From: Octopus vulgaris
Lineage: Eukaryota
Direction of reading: 5' to 3'
NCBI GenBank assembly: GCA_951406725.2
Contig: OX597831.1
Span: 49,352,001 to 49,416,000, forward strand
DNA length: 64,000 bases
The notes below the pieces were generated by a model. It ran no database searches. It saw nothing but the letters and a program-made list of their open reading frames with translations, and was not told where the DNA came from. Numbering within the stretch: the stretch's first letter is position 1; each line of letters begins with the position of its first letter. Below are positions 44,206 to 57,973 of this stretch, piece after piece. A program made the position numbers and the translations under genes.

Positions 44206-44410
44206 CACACGCACACACACATATATATATGTGTGTGTATATATATATATACGACGGGCTTCTTTCAGTTTCCGTCTACCAAATCCACTCACAAGGCTTC
44301 GGTCGGCCCGAGGTTATAGTAGAAGACACTTGCCCAAGGTGCCACACAGTGGGACTGAACCCGGAACCATGTGGTCAGTAAGCAAGCTACTTACCACACA
44401 GCCACTCCTG
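43514..44410 (-). mobile_element. Two tandem SINE family A copies (43514-43949, 43966-44410)
   Basis: Two complete head-body-tail units in the same orientation. Confidence 0.85.
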
Positions 44411-45269
44411 GTACTTTATTTTATCGACCTCGAAAGGATGAAAGGTAAAGTTGACCTCATCAGGATTTAAACTCAGGACGTAAAGAGCCGAAAGAAACGT
44501 TGCTAAGCATTTCGTCCGATGCACTAACAATTCTGCCAACTTGCCACGTAATCCATATCTATAAGTCTTTCTAATTCAAGGCCAGCAATTTTGAGAAGTG
44601 AAGTCGATGGCATCGGCCCTAACACTCGACTGGTACTTATTTGATCGATTTCTAAATAGACACAAAGCAAAAAGGCAGCAGTATTTGAACTCACAACGCA
44701 AAACACTGGAAGAAATGTCGTTAAGTATTTTGTGTAATGCTTAAAGCGCATCAGTACAACAGATCGCTACAAGAAACATAATAAGTACGCAATTAACAGT
44801 TATTAAGTAAGCTTAATTACTTAAAGTTTATATGCAGAGCAATTTTCTTCAGGTTCTAATTCTAGATTCGGCTGTTGTGTGTGAGGATTAATGCGAATCA
44901 GGTATAATCAGAGTTATACGTTTATCGACTCCATGCGTTGACTGGCAGTATCATTCGAACGTAGGTCAGAAAGCTTTGCCATTTTCATTCCAGCCATCTG
45001 CTTTCTCAATACAAATCCTGTAAACGCCAAATTTTCCTCATCCTTTCAAGGTGGACAAAGAAAGTGCTAGTGGAGTACTAAGGTATAAAGGCACGAAGCC
45101 TAGTGTTAGGGTGTTTCACTTACGATCGTAAGACAGTGATTTCAATTCCTGGACTGAGTAGTGCCTTGTGTTCTTGAGTAAAACACTTCATTTCACATTA
45201 CTCCAATTTACTCACCTGTACAATTAATTCCATTGATCACCTTACCGTATTCTAAAATATTTCTTTAAA

Positions 45270-45587
45270 GACTCCGCCGGTTACGACGACGAGGGTCCCA
45301 GCTGATACGATCAACGGAACAGCTTGCTCGTGAAATTAACGTGCAAATGGCTGAGCATTCCACAGACACGTGTACCCTTAACGTAGTTCTCGGGGATAAT
45401 CAGCGTGACACAGAGAGTGACAAGGCTGACCCTTTGAAATACAAGTACAACTCATTTTTGCCAGCTGAGTGGACTGGAGCAACGTGAAATAAAGTGTCTT
45501 GCTCAAGGACACAACGTGTCGCCGGGAATCGAACTCACAACCTTACGATCATGAGCCGAATGCCCTAACCACTAAGCCACGCGCCCT
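45270..45587 (-). mobile_element. tRNA-derived SINE family C, full length
   Basis: Head ggcgcgtggcttagtggttaggg..gagttcgattccc and gtgtccttgagcaagacac body. Related heads at 13552, 17790, 21494, 22267, 50948 and 53022. Confidence 0.82.
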
Positions 45588-46415
45588 CACATATTCTAAA
45601 ATATACCTGTAGAGTATTAACCTCCCCAAAACAGAGATGCTGTGCATGGACAAATAAATGATAAGTTGAAAGTGCTCGCAAAATGGTTTGGATTATTTGA
45701 TTGTGACTAAGAGAAAGCTTGTAAGGTTTTTGATAGAACCCGTCCTCAGTGGGAAAAGAAAGAAAGATATAAAACACCAAAACAATATCAACGAACTTAA
45801 CCTCATCAAATAAATAAGTTAATAAATTAAGAAAATGAAAAAAAGCAAAGGGGAAACAATTAATCCTTTTTGTTCAGCTTTCTTCGACGACGAGTTCCGT
45901 TCCAAATGTTAGACCGTTAGACTTCTTATCCTCAGGGCAAAATAATTCATTCCATTTGCGAATTTTGTGTAGTTACCCCATACTAAGCTAAAATGGAATC
46001 TGATAAATTCTGCACTGCATGGCTTATGTAATCGTTGATAGCATGAATTTTCATAAGCGGCTGAAATTCAATTTAAGTTCAAGACCGATGGCTTGCGTAT
46101 ATTCGAGGCACGAAAACACCTCCTATTGATTTACAATAAATCAATGTTTCACGCAGATTCTGTGTCTGGTTTCAGTTAAAGGCAATATGCTAACCAATTG
46201 TTACTTTCACTCTTCCCCTTTACCCCATCATCTCTCTCACTCTCTCACTCTTTTGTCTCTCAACATACGCACGCAGACATACACATATGCATTTCCGGTT
46301 TATCTCAAATTAACGTTTTAGACAACATTTTCAACAAAGCTGTATTGACGATTTTTATTGTTTTGTACTGCAAAATTAAGTAAAAAAAATATGTATATAT
46401 GTGTGCGAGTGTGTA

Positions 46416-46471
<56 letters not shown>

Positions 46472-46616
46472 TGTGTATGTGTGTGTATGTGAGTGTGTTT
46501 GTGTGTGTGAGACCGTTCGTGTACGGTCATTACTCTGTTGAATCGCCTCTCTGCAACCTGAGTAAAAGAAGAAAATATTTGCAGTCAGAATAGGAATGAC
46601 AAAACAGGTTACTTAC

Positions 46617-47592
46617 TTTGAGCTGAGCTCAACTCTGCATCGTAAGTTCGAGCCATGAGAACAGTAAAAAACGGCGTATAGCATATAATAAAACATGCCA
46701 CGACAGAAAAAGTCAGTTTGATGGTTTTGATCTTTGATTTGGAAACACCACGACAGATAGCTCGCGGGTTGCGCGATGAATCTTTGTCCCTTGCGTCCGA
46801 GTAATTCTTCACTCGGTTTTCCGACGATGTTTGGGAGGAGATCCGGCATTTGATCGGCTTGCGTACGTATCTTGATGCCGAGCTACCGACTGACTGCGTG
46901 CATTCACGACCGCGCATGCTCTGCCACACAACGAAGCATATTCTACCATAGAAGAAGATCAAGAGAAGCAAAGGAACAAAGAAGACGGAACAGAAAGCCC
47001 ACCAGCTGTAGGCGATGTTTGCAAGTTCTGTGGTGAGGTTGGGTCGGCATAATTTTCCACCATGGAAATCAACAAGTACTGCATCCAGTTGTGGCAATGA
47101 ACACATCAGGGCCAAAAACAAAGCCAAAGCCGTGGTCATATGAACTCGTCGATTGGTCCACATGTGAGCAGCAAGCGGGTGACATATAGAGATGTAACGA
47201 TCCAAGGCGGTGACAATGAGTACGAATGAAGAAGCGTAAAGTTCGGCGACAGTGATAAACTGATACACTCGGCAGGCAGATATGTCTCCGAGGAAATAGA
47301 CGTTGATTTTGAGAATAATAGTCGGTAGAATATGGAAGAGAGCTACAGAAATGTCAGTAACGCTCAAATACACGATCAAAAGCTGCATTCGAGTGAGAGT
47401 TGTTTTTTTGATGCGTAGTACGATTAATACGACTGCATTTCCGAACAGAGCCATGAAGCATAGAATACACAGGACCATAATTTCAAATTTACCCAATTCG
47501 TCATCGTATTGAGGAAATATTGTGACGTTGTTGTAGACCCGTGTTGTTGTAGTAATCCAAGGATGGAGGTTTTCTTCTGTGAAGTTTTCCAT
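46617..47592 (-). CDS. OPR: Octopressin receptor (oxytocin/vasopressin-type class A GPCR), first coding exon: N-terminus to TM6/ECL3
   Basis: ORF MENFTEENLHPW... has six hydrophobic helices: GN in TM1, LSVTD in TM2, C3.25 and LDRYISICHP in TM3, SLPQ in TM4, FFVP..YGRI in TM5, and SKSKIKTIKLT..CYTPFF (OT/VP receptor signature) in TM6. Donor CAA A|gtaagt has gt at 46616-46615. Matches my recollection of the 419-aa Octopus vulgaris octopressin receptor. Confidence 0.93.
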
Positions 47593-47685
47593 CTTTGCTT
47601 CCGATTAAGCGTGAAGATGAGAAACGTTAACGTTCGAAGAATTAAACAGAATTTAACCTGCAAAAATCCAAAAAGAAAAACAGTA
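47593..47685 (-). promoter_or_regulatory. OPR: Splice acceptor plus 65-nt 5'-UTR portion of the first coding exon; implies an upstream non-coding exon
   Basis: Minus strand reads tgtttttctttttggatttttgcag|GTTAAATTC with AG at 47659-47658, 65 nt before the ATG at 47592. Confidence 0.7.
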
Positions 47686-47999
47686 CAGATATAAGATAAA
47701 ATAAAATCAAGAATTGAAAAGAAAATGATAATTAAGAGAAAATATTAAAAAAAATTGCGAAGAAATGATTACTTAAATTGTTGTTATTTGTAGTTTGGTG
47801 GTATGGCTTAGAGTTAATTGCAACAACGTTTGTTATAATTACACAATTAAACACGTACATAAACACCCACTCTGAAAATATATTAATTATACATAATTTA
47901 ATAATCGTCCATATAATTGCAACTCTATGTAACATTTTTGTTTTTTACATTGTCGAGTTTAGGATGACAGCAAACTTAAAGAAACACCGACATCAGCAT

Positions 48000-48039
<40 letters not shown>

Positions 48040-48665
48040 ACGCACACACACACACACGCACACACACACGCTCTCTCTCTCATTCAAACATACATACACA
48101 CACGCAAAAACGTACTCGCATACACACGCACATACACGCATGCACACACACACATGCACACACAAAGACGTATTCGCACACACGCACATACACGCATGCA
48201 CACACTCATGCACACACACACACACGCAAAACGTACTCGCATACACACGCACACACACACATGCACACACACATGCTATCTCTCTCTCACACACACATAT
48301 ACACACATACACATAGACTGAAAAGCACTAACAAAAATCACTTTACATAAGATAAGTCATAACGGACCGAACTGATAGTGTGTAGGACAACCAGCAAAAT
48401 AATCGATATTCGTATACTGACTTATTCGTATACTGACCGGGTGGAGCTATGGGTTCTTGAGCAAAACACTTCATTTCACGTTGCTCTGCGACCACTTCGA
48501 CATCTGACGCGTGGCACACATTTCACCTGTTCAGACGGCGTCGATTTAATGGAGAGAATGAGCCAATGTACGGCGCGAACATTTGCTCACTATAAACAAA
48601 TCATTTGTGCAGGTCGTTCGCAAAAGCTGAGCGCTCATACGTTGTTTTCAAAGGGAGATTCCATC

Positions 48666-48764
<99 letters not shown>

Positions 48765-48825
48765 TTAACAGAATGAGATAAATATCCAAGGCTGTGAAAT
48801 ATTTCACAACATTTACAAAGAGAAG

Positions 48826-48874
48826 GTCCTTACAGCTGTTTCCGGGATATTTTATACATCCCTTCATCGGAGAC
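48826..48874 (-). ncRNA. Minimal hammerhead motif (CCGAUGA variant), left arm of fold-back element
   Basis: gtct CCGATGA a gggat..atccc g GAAA CAGCTG TA aggac. Confidence 0.75.
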
Positions 48875-49223
48875 TATGTGAGAAAATAGTTAAGCAATAG
48901 TTATTCTAGAGAAGATATGAAATAGAGAGTGAAGTGGAGAAATGAAAACAGACGTGAGATATGCAGGGATATTGTATCTGCAAATCAATAACACCGTGTA
49001 CAAACTCTATGCTTGGAATGACCAATTATGAATACTATTGGAACTTATACACAAGGTACTGGAAACTTATATGTATACCATTCTGCTTAAATAATGGAAC
49101 TGCAGATACAATATCCCTGCATATAAGTTTCCTGCATATTTTACGTCTGTTTTCATTCCTCCACTTCACTCTCTATTTCATATCTTATCTAGAATAACTA
49201 TTGCTTAACCATTTTATCAAACC

Positions 49224-49271
49224 GTTTCCGATGAAGGGATATATCAAATATCCTGGAAACAGCTGTAAGAC
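49224..49271 (+). ncRNA. Minimal hammerhead motif (CCGAUGA variant), right arm of fold-back element
   Basis: gttt CCGATGA a gggata tatcaaa tatcct g GAAA CAGCTG TA agac. Confidence 0.75.
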
Positions 49272-49327
49272 CTTCTCTTTATAAATGTTCTAAAATCTTC
49301 ACAGCCTTGGATTTTTATCTCATTCTG

Positions 49328-49397
<70 letters not shown>

Positions 49398-49560
49398 GCA
49401 TGCTGATATATGACCTACCTTGAACTCATTCGCATAATCACCGAACCTGGAGCTTAACTATAGTCTATCCATAGGACTTACTCTGCATTTCCTGACACCT
49501 TTGGGTTCTCTTAACACCATTACCTCTCATAAGCTATATATGTATATATATATATATACA

Positions 49561-49818
49561 TAGAAAATAGTAAAAAGTGAAAAAACTACAGAAGGCTTGT
49601 TTTAGAAGGTTAAAAAAAATATATTTGAGTCATTATGTCTGAAGAATGTTATAAATTTTTTTCATACAATGACAGTTTTTGAAGAAAGACCGGTTTCGCG
49701 TTCAGCTTTTCAAATTTCTTACATCGTTATGTTTACGTTGAGAAGTTCTGTAGTTTTTTCACTTTTAACTATTTTCTATATATTCAACCACGTGCTTTCA
49801 CATACCAACTTTCTCACC
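49561..49818. mobile_element. TA-embedded short element with 33-bp inverted repeat (family of 6877/39460)
   Basis: tagaaaatagtaaaaagtgaaaaaactacagaa (49561) versus ttctgtagttttttcacttttaactattttcta (49746). Confidence 0.78.
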
Positions 49819-50389
49819 TATATATATGAGACAATAAAATATATATATATGCATGGCAATAAAATATTAGTCCAACTAGATCAGGGGAGGGGTTAATTGA
49901 TTTCTTCGACCCCAGAGTTCAAAAGGTACTTATTTTATCGAGCCCGGAAGAGATGAAAGGCAAAGTTAACCGCGGCAGAATTTGAATTTAGAACGTAAAG
50001 ACGGAAGAAATGCCGCTAAGCATTTTGCTCGGCGTGCTAAAGATTCTACCAGCTCGCAACCTTGTGACAATAAAGTATTAAAATTAGAAACGCCAAGATG
50101 GAATGCCACATGATATTGTTAGCTTGGACGATGTATTTGTCTGGCAAGTGATTTGATGGGAGATTGTATGTCGAAACTAAAGCAATTACTGCATGGGAAA
50201 CATATGTTAGTCATTAAAAAACACAGAAACTGTTATCTTCACTTCACTTAGGCGTTCATTATTTGGTGTGAAATTTTTCGTTTCAGTAACTACAACCTGG
50301 TCACTGGTATTGTAAACAATGGAACTGTGTCAATGACCCATTCGCAGTTACTAAAACGAGAAGTCTGACGCCAAATAATAAATGTTTAA

Positions 50390-50608
50390 CCCTTTAGTGT
50401 TCAGATTATTCTATCAAACATAATACTTATTGATTCACATTGATTTGAATTAATCATGCATTATCTCATATCTTCAAGATGTTGATGGTGTAATTACTTA
50501 ATGTAGAATAACATTGTAGGGTAGGTGTGAGAGCCTGGATCTGGTCAGTTTGAACATAAAACAGGTTAAATATTTTGGCCAGATATGGCCGGTTTAAATA
50601 CTAAAGGG
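50390..50608. mobile_element. piggyBac-type MITE (219 bp)
   Basis: TTAA|CCCTTTAGTGTT ... AATACTAAAGGG|TTAA: TTAA target duplication, CCC/GGG termini, no ORF. Confidence 0.88.
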
Positions 50609-51530
50609 TTAAGTGAAAATCACAGTTTGGAGGTAATTTTGAGTGCTTAATACGTAATTGCTATACACGCTATCGGCCAGACAATCGGGTGTTGTTTCAC
50701 ATCGTTGGTCACAATGCGCTTCGCATTGTTTTTGCATTCGAATGATGCCGCCCCGCTGGCTAGGGCGAACATGCCAACATTACCCCTAATCGGAAGGTTA
50801 GCCCATTTACAGTTGAAAGGACTGGAGCGACTGGAACAACGTTGAATGAAGTTCTCGTCCAAGAAAATAACTCGCCGCCCAGTCTGGCAGTCGAACTTAC
50901 GAGCTAGCGATCGTGAGTGCAACACCTTAACCGCTTGGCCATTCGCCTTCACTATTTGCTATTATGAGTGATGAAATTCTTTAAATCACCCATCTCAAAA
51001 TCGTAGCGATGATGTATATAGATACTGTTTCTAAAATTCTCCCACGCAAACGACGTAATAATGCAAATAATTTCGAATTGTTGGAACATTCTTTGGCTGT
51101 GTCTACCTACATATCATCATTCCAATTAATTTCTGTTTTCCTAATTCACCAAACGTGTCTCTTTCTCCCTGTCTCTTTCACACTTTCTTCTTCTTCCTTC
51201 TCTATGGAAGACGCCGTATGTTTCACAGATTTACAAACATTTCACATTTTCGATGATGCATTTTATCTCAAGTTTCTTCAGCTGTCTCCCTTATATTGCC
51301 TCTAATGTTTCATAGAAACATTCTTGGAAAGATTTCTACGACGAGGAGAAGAAAGCTGCTGTGATGCAGGGTTTGGGTTCTAAGGTTTGGAGTTTACAGT
51401 GAGAGTAAGGAATCGGACAGAAACAAAATAACAAGCACTTGGGGGTATATTTACATATCGTCATACCATTTATATTTATTTGTAATCCGAGGTGTTTCTT
51501 GTAAAGTTGATATACCATATGTAAAAATAC

Positions 51531-51583
<53 letters not shown>

Positions 51584-51600
51584 TAATAATAATGATAATA

Positions 51601-51631
<31 letters not shown>

Positions 51632-52518
51632 TCTTTTAAGTTGTATCTCCACTCTCTTTCCCGCTCTCTTAGTCTATGTAATATAGATTTTACGTATGTG
51701 TGAGCAAGATTATGTGTTTACGTAGATACTTGGGTGGATGTGTTGTCTTGTTTTGTCTTCTCTCAGCTATCGTGGTAAGAAAGTTAGGTTCAAATAGCTA
51801 CCCAGCTGTTGTAAATATTGATAGATAGACGGCTGGCTGTGATAAACAAAAGGGAAGGAAAAAATAACCACGATAAAAAAACCGAAATACTACCGTGAGA
51901 GCACGCACATTTATTCCTTCTGTTCCTTTGTTCCATATGCATGCATACATACATACATACATACATACATACATACATACGTACATACATACATACATAC
52001 ATACGTACATACATACGTACATACATACATACATACATCAACTCACACATGTACACACATATACACAGATATTCAATCGCACATGTATATGTGTATGAAA
52101 AGCACACAGCACAAAGTTACATACAGAAAAGTAATCTCGAAAGTACACGCGCACACACGCTCACACACACGCACACACACACACACGCAAACATAATAAA
52201 ATAACTGTTACGTTAAAGATATATCCAGTGTATGCATATTTGGAAGTGTAGGCGTGTGCATACTTGTGTATATGACTGTACTACTGTATCTATGAGAATG
52301 GCTCTGTTTTAAAGTATAAGTCTGGTCCGTGTATATAGACAGTGACGTTTCGGTTGTTTCGTGTATTTATTATTATAATAAGGTGGTGAACGCAAAAGAA
52401 AATAAGAACCAGTGCCAATCATCCAACATAAGATTTTATAAGAGTAGAAGTGAGAGATTGATGGAGAGTAGTAATTGTTTTCTTTTTTTTGTTTTTAACT
52501 ATACACACACACACACAA

Positions 52519-52650
52519 GGGCGGCGAGCTGGCAGAAACGTTAGCACGCCAGGCGAAATATCTAGGGTATTTCGTACGTCTTTACGTTGTGAGTTCAAAT
52601 TCCGCCGAGGTCGACTTTGCCTTTCATCCTTTCGGGGTCGATAAATTAAG
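52519..52650 (+). mobile_element. SINE family B, 5' half
   Basis: ggcggcgagctggcagaaacgttagc..gagttcaaattccgccgagg. Confidence 0.8.
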
Positions 52651-52663
52651 TATATATATATAG

Positions 52664-53022
52664 TGGCGCTCCGTCGGTTACGACGACGAGAGTTCCAGTT
52701 CATACGATCAAAGGAACAGCCTGCTCGTAAAATTAACGTGCATGTAGCTGAGCACTCCACAGACACGTGTACCCTTAACGTAGTTCTGAAGGAGATTCAG
52801 CGTGATGCAGAGTGTGACAAGGCTGGCTCTTTGAAATACAGATACAACAGAAACAGGAAGGAAGAGTGAGAGAAAGTTGTGGTGAAAGAGTACAGCGGGG
52901 TTCGTCACCCCTCCCCTGCCGATGTTTTCGCTCAATAAACACTCACAACGCCCAATCTGGGAATCGAAATCGCGAGCTTATGACCGCGAGTCCGCTGCCC
53001 AAACCACTTGAGCATTGCGCCT
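52664..53022 (-). mobile_element. SINE family C-related composite
   Basis: Tail shared with 45270-45440, head shared with 17615-17790. Confidence 0.72.
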
Positions 53023-53023
53023 C

Positions 53024-53082
<59 letters not shown>

Positions 53083-53216
53083 ACACAGAAACATATACAT
53101 ATATATATGTATATAGTTAATCCAAACATGAAAACACAAAGAGAAAACACAACAACGCGAGGACGTGGAACAAATATAGTATTATTGGACGCTCAGGAAG
53201 GAAGGAAAGAAGGAGG

Positions 53217-53251
53217 GTTTAACGTTTCGAGCGGAGCTCTTCGTCAGAAAC
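53217..53251 (-). ncRNA. Minimal hammerhead ribozyme motif (35 nt)
   Basis: gttt CTGACGA a gagc tcc gctc GAAA CG TT aaac, within a TA-flanked cassette at 53116-53320. Confidence 0.8.
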
Positions 53252-53870
53252 ATAGGAAAAGGAAAGATCCAGAGAAGGGAGGACGGAGGAAAAATATCGC
53301 CAACGGTACACACACGTCACTATATATATATATATACATATATACACATAATATACATACACACACATACGCACGCATACACACGCATACACACAGAGGC
53401 AAACTTGACGCCCAGGTTTGCGTCGCATCGTAGAGAAATGTCACGTTACACTCTAAATCAGGAGCGGGTAATCCATTTTATCTAACGACGACGGAGATCC
53501 ACAGAAACCACCACCACAACCATCACCACTATGCACGCACATACACTCATATTTGCATATATTTAAGTATCTTTCAATATATGCTTACTAGTTCAGAGCT
53601 CTCAAATCAATTCGTTGATGGCCATCGTTTGTATGTATGTATGTATGTATGTATGTATGTATGTATGTATGTATGTATGTATGTATGCATGTTTGTATGT
53701 TTGTATGTATGTATGTACTAAATTCAGGGGTAGATTTCTTCGACTAAAAAAGGCGGTGCTCCAGCATGGCCACAGTCAAAATGACTGAAGCAAGTAAAAG
53801 AATAAAAGAATATATATATGCAGTTATATATATATATATATATAACTGCATATATATATATGTGTATATA

Positions 53871-53926
<56 letters not shown>

Positions 53927-55134
53927 CACATCCATCCATCCACACACACACTCATATATATACACACCTCCACATACGCATAAGCTAGAATAGATAAGCC
54001 TGCCTATCTCTGAAGTCAAATAGTGTTTTCTTATTGTAGATGGGACTCGATTACTTGACGTATCTCAGCATTTTGTTGAAGCATTACAGATAACTATGTC
54101 TGAAAGCAGAATGTTAAAGAATTGGCAAAGAAACGAAGATATCAAAAGTACTCAGTGCTATCTGGATTCACTTTTAGTCTGAACCGATTCCTATTGATCG
54201 TTTTATTGCATTACATAACTTTACATTGTAGGAAATTGGAAAAGCTGTGTGTCTATAACAGTATGGAGACGGTGATTTGCTTTATACGTAAGATCTCAAA
54301 AATTTATAACGAATCAACTACTACAGAATTGGTGTTGAATATTTTCGAAAGCAGCTTTCGAATCAAATAGTTTTTTTCCTCTATAAAACATCAGTCTGAC
54401 TATATAACGAATGATAGCTGACATACAGAATGACTTAAGATAGGTGGATATAGACAAATACATCAAATTATAAAATAAGTATTAAAAAATATAAATCTGT
54501 GTTAGAGCGAAAGTACGTTTAGTGCAACGTAAGTAGGATGATTTTAAAACTTTTTCTAACCTAATCAATAGTTCTTTTTGTCTTAACACACGCATACACA
54601 CGCATACACAGCCTAAGAAGACTGGGCCAATAAAAATGTTTTCTATGGTACTACAATACAGGACATTACCGTTTATTCAGTTATCGATTCAGCCAGCTGT
54701 TATTCATATCTGTACAATGTATCGATTGTGTTATATGACGTGCCTTTCTAATCCTTGTGTAAATAAATTGATGTACCGTTGTTAGAAAGACACGCAGTAA
54801 TCTTGATTGGAATTCGCATAAAATATTATGCTTAATAACAATATAAATGATTTATTCTAGCAATTTAAGATAGTAAGAGGTGAGGTAGCAAACCACTAGA
54901 TTTGACTAAAAGGAGATGATGAGAAGTGGCTAGAACGTTGGGTCCAGGCTGGTAATCAGTTGATCTAGCAACTTGGGGCCTCTTATCAGAAAGGTGTGGT
55001 GATGCAGATGTGCATTAAAGTCAGTCATCAAGCCTTCGAAATGGTGCACATTCTCTCCTGATGGTCACGCAAACCTACTAGTGTCCAGTATACGGATTTA
55101 TTAGCTGATAACACTTGCATCTGCATTTCGACTT

Positions 55135-55179
<45 letters not shown>

Positions 55180-55744
55180 CAACAACAACAACAACATATG
55201 TATAATTCTAAAGAGATTGTGTCTTTACTTCAAATTAATGGACATTTTACTAGTAAAACTTCTGCTCTGTCAGTCATATTTACAGAATCTCAAGCCAAGA
55301 TTTATGAGCTGCTAGCGAAGACTAGCACCTATTGAGATGCATATTTCCATACAGTTTGATTTATCTCAGGGTTTGGAGTGAACATGGGTCAAAGACGAAT
55401 GCACAGTGCCTACTATATTTCTAGAGAAAGAATGGAGGTTGCGGTAAGTGTACAGACTAACTATGGCAACTTGTATAGTATTTGTAGAAGGTATGAATAA
55501 CTATGTCAAATGGGGGCACCGCCCTGAAGGGTTTGCCTGAACAAATGGACACTAGTATTTATTCCTTTTAAATCTGGTATGTATTCTATCGGTCTTCTAT
55601 TACCAGGCTGCTGATTTAGAGGACGTTAACAAACCAACATCGCTTGATAAGCATTGGAGGGAAAACACAAAGAGGAGCGCCGCCCCCATCCATATATGTG
55701 TGTATAAATATATGTTCAGCCTTTTATTCTTACTAGTCTCAGAC

Positions 55745-55868
55745 ATTAGACCGCGGCTATGCTGAGGCACCGCCTTGAAGGATTTTAGCACAGTACTTAT
55801 TTTTAAGCCGCGAGGTTAGGAGGACGTAAACACACCAACACCAGTTGTCAAGCGACGGTGTTGAGGAA

Positions 55869-55936
<68 letters not shown>

Positions 55937-56100
55937 ACACACACGATTGATTTCTCTCAGTTTCCATTCACCAAATCGACTCACAAGGCATTGATCGGCC
56001 CGAGGTTATAGAAGAAGACGCTCTAGGCACCACGCAGTGGGACTGAACTCAGGATCATGCAATTGGGAAACAAACCTATTCATGCACAGTCACAATTGCG

Positions 56101-56102
<2 letters not shown>
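55745..56102 (-). mobile_element. SINE family A, diverged
   Basis: Recognisable head, body and internal (CA)n; further decayed pieces at about 55510-55670 and 56140-56297. Confidence 0.65.
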
Positions 56103-56138
<36 letters not shown>

Positions 56139-56823
56139 CGATAGGTTTTCACACAGTTTCGTTCTTCCAGATTCACTCAGTATACATTGGTCGGCCTGGG
56201 CTATATAGAAGAAGGCAGCTCACCACGGTTCCACATAGTGGGCTTGAGCCCAAAAGTACGCGGTTGCAAAACAAACTCCTTAACCACACCGCCTTGCATG
56301 CTCATATATCCACAGAACCATGCCTGTCTATTTGTAATCTTTATTTACAGAAGTTTTCGATCAAAACTACACATTGAAATGGAAGCGCCGTAAGATAACA
56401 TGTTAGTGTTTGCAGAATTCGATATCATATAAGAAAAAATATTGTAAGTTAAGTAGAATCACACCCACAGAGCCAGCAACATCCGAAAACAAAATCTGTG
56501 CAACGCAAAATACCATGAATAAAAAAAAGGACAAAATGCTATTCAAACTGACAGGCAATAAAATTAATATCCATCTATTTAAATCCAAGCAGACGTTATC
56601 AAACGATGTTATCATATTTTATGATATATTACACGGAAGATTTGATATATTTATATACACTTAGTTTTTTCCTTTTTCTGAAAGCCATGCTGGCTGAATG
56701 AAAGAAACGCTAAATTTGAGAGGATTTATTAAAGACTGAGAAATAGAAGCATTTAACAAAAAGTTATTCGTACAAACACGTACAATGTATATGTATTTAT
56801 CTGCACACACACACTCACACACA

Positions 56824-56872
<49 letters not shown>

Positions 56873-56941
56873 ACACACACACATATATATGTACACATGC
56901 ATATAGATATATATACATATATATATATATTTGTAAACATA

Positions 56942-56973
<32 letters not shown>

Positions 56974-57091
56974 AATATATATATATACATACATACATTT
57001 ATAAGTATGTATATATGTATGTAAAGATATACTCATATACATATATACGTATGCATATATATACATATATATATGTATATATCTATACATT

Positions 57092-57124
<33 letters not shown>

Positions 57125-57179
57125 ATATACATATATATGTATAGTTTTATATATCAATGAGTATATGTTGGAATGTGCG

Positions 57180-57239
57180 TATAAAAGCTTATGACAAACT
57201 GAAATAAGGCAGGTATGTAGAATGCATGCATGCGTGTGT

Positions 57240-57283
<44 letters not shown>

Positions 57284-57584
57284 GTGTGTGTATAAGTGAG
57301 AATGTGTGTCTATCTGTCTGTGTGCATCACTAAAACTCGAGAACTACCCAACCGATTTCATTCAAATTTTACAGATGCCTTACTTAGAGTCCATGCAGTG
57401 TTATGGGCCAGAAAATTCAATTTCTTGCCTTATGCATATATGAATATATATAAAAATATGAATATTATTTTCCAGCGAAAATATTATATTGTAATAATAT
57501 TAACATTTTTATATAAAACTTTTGCAGTGATCTCGGTTCTGTTTATGCCTAGGGCTATTGGCCGAGTATACAAGCATTGATCTA
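57180..57584 (+). mobile_element. Possible non-autonomous Helitron-like element with internal (TG)n
   Basis: Microsatellite followed by actcgagaactacccaaccgatttcattcaaatttt and a GC-richer end finishing in CTAG; the layout resembles small Helitrons but the 3' hairpin is poor. Confidence 0.3.
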
Positions 57585-57973
57585 GCGGATATTTTAAATT
57601 TAGTCTTTTCTTTAGAACTAGCTGAGGAGGACTAATCAGTTTTACAATAACAAACGTATTCGGAAAAGTTCGAAACTCGAGTACTAGATTGTCCACAGCT
57701 CTAGCGTTCTTCCTAGAGGTAAGACCGAAATTCTTTGCCGCTATACATCCAGTGAAACTTTACTTATCGTTGAACGGTTATCGACTACTATTTTCAGCAA
57801 ATTGGTAACTATTGGTAACTTGTGCCACTATTTCCTATTTATATGAATATAATATATATATATATAAATATATTGATAGACATGTTAAGACAACAAAAGT
57901 ATAAAAGAGACCTCTATATAATGTAAATAGAAGAATTTGTAAAATTAATGTGATAGTTATTCGGTAGCCATGA

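Larger units (their letters stand above)
48763..49333. mobile_element. Fold-back element: inverted arms of about 220-230 bp (48763-48982 / 49101-49333), each carrying a hammerhead, inserted in (TA)n
   Basis: Arms are imperfect reverse complements (aattaacagaatgagata... / ...tatctcattctgttaatt); 118-bp spacer; TA tracts on both sides. Confidence 0.88.

Noticed and set aside
45510-45587. tRNA-like sequences here and at other SINE heads
   Set aside because: They have A/B boxes but continue into SINE bodies and lack a proper acceptor stem.
46609-46616. ORF-track end of the GPCR (...AQSK*)
   Set aside because: Read-through into the gtaagtaa donor; the receptor would lack TM7, which is supplied by 13181-12898.
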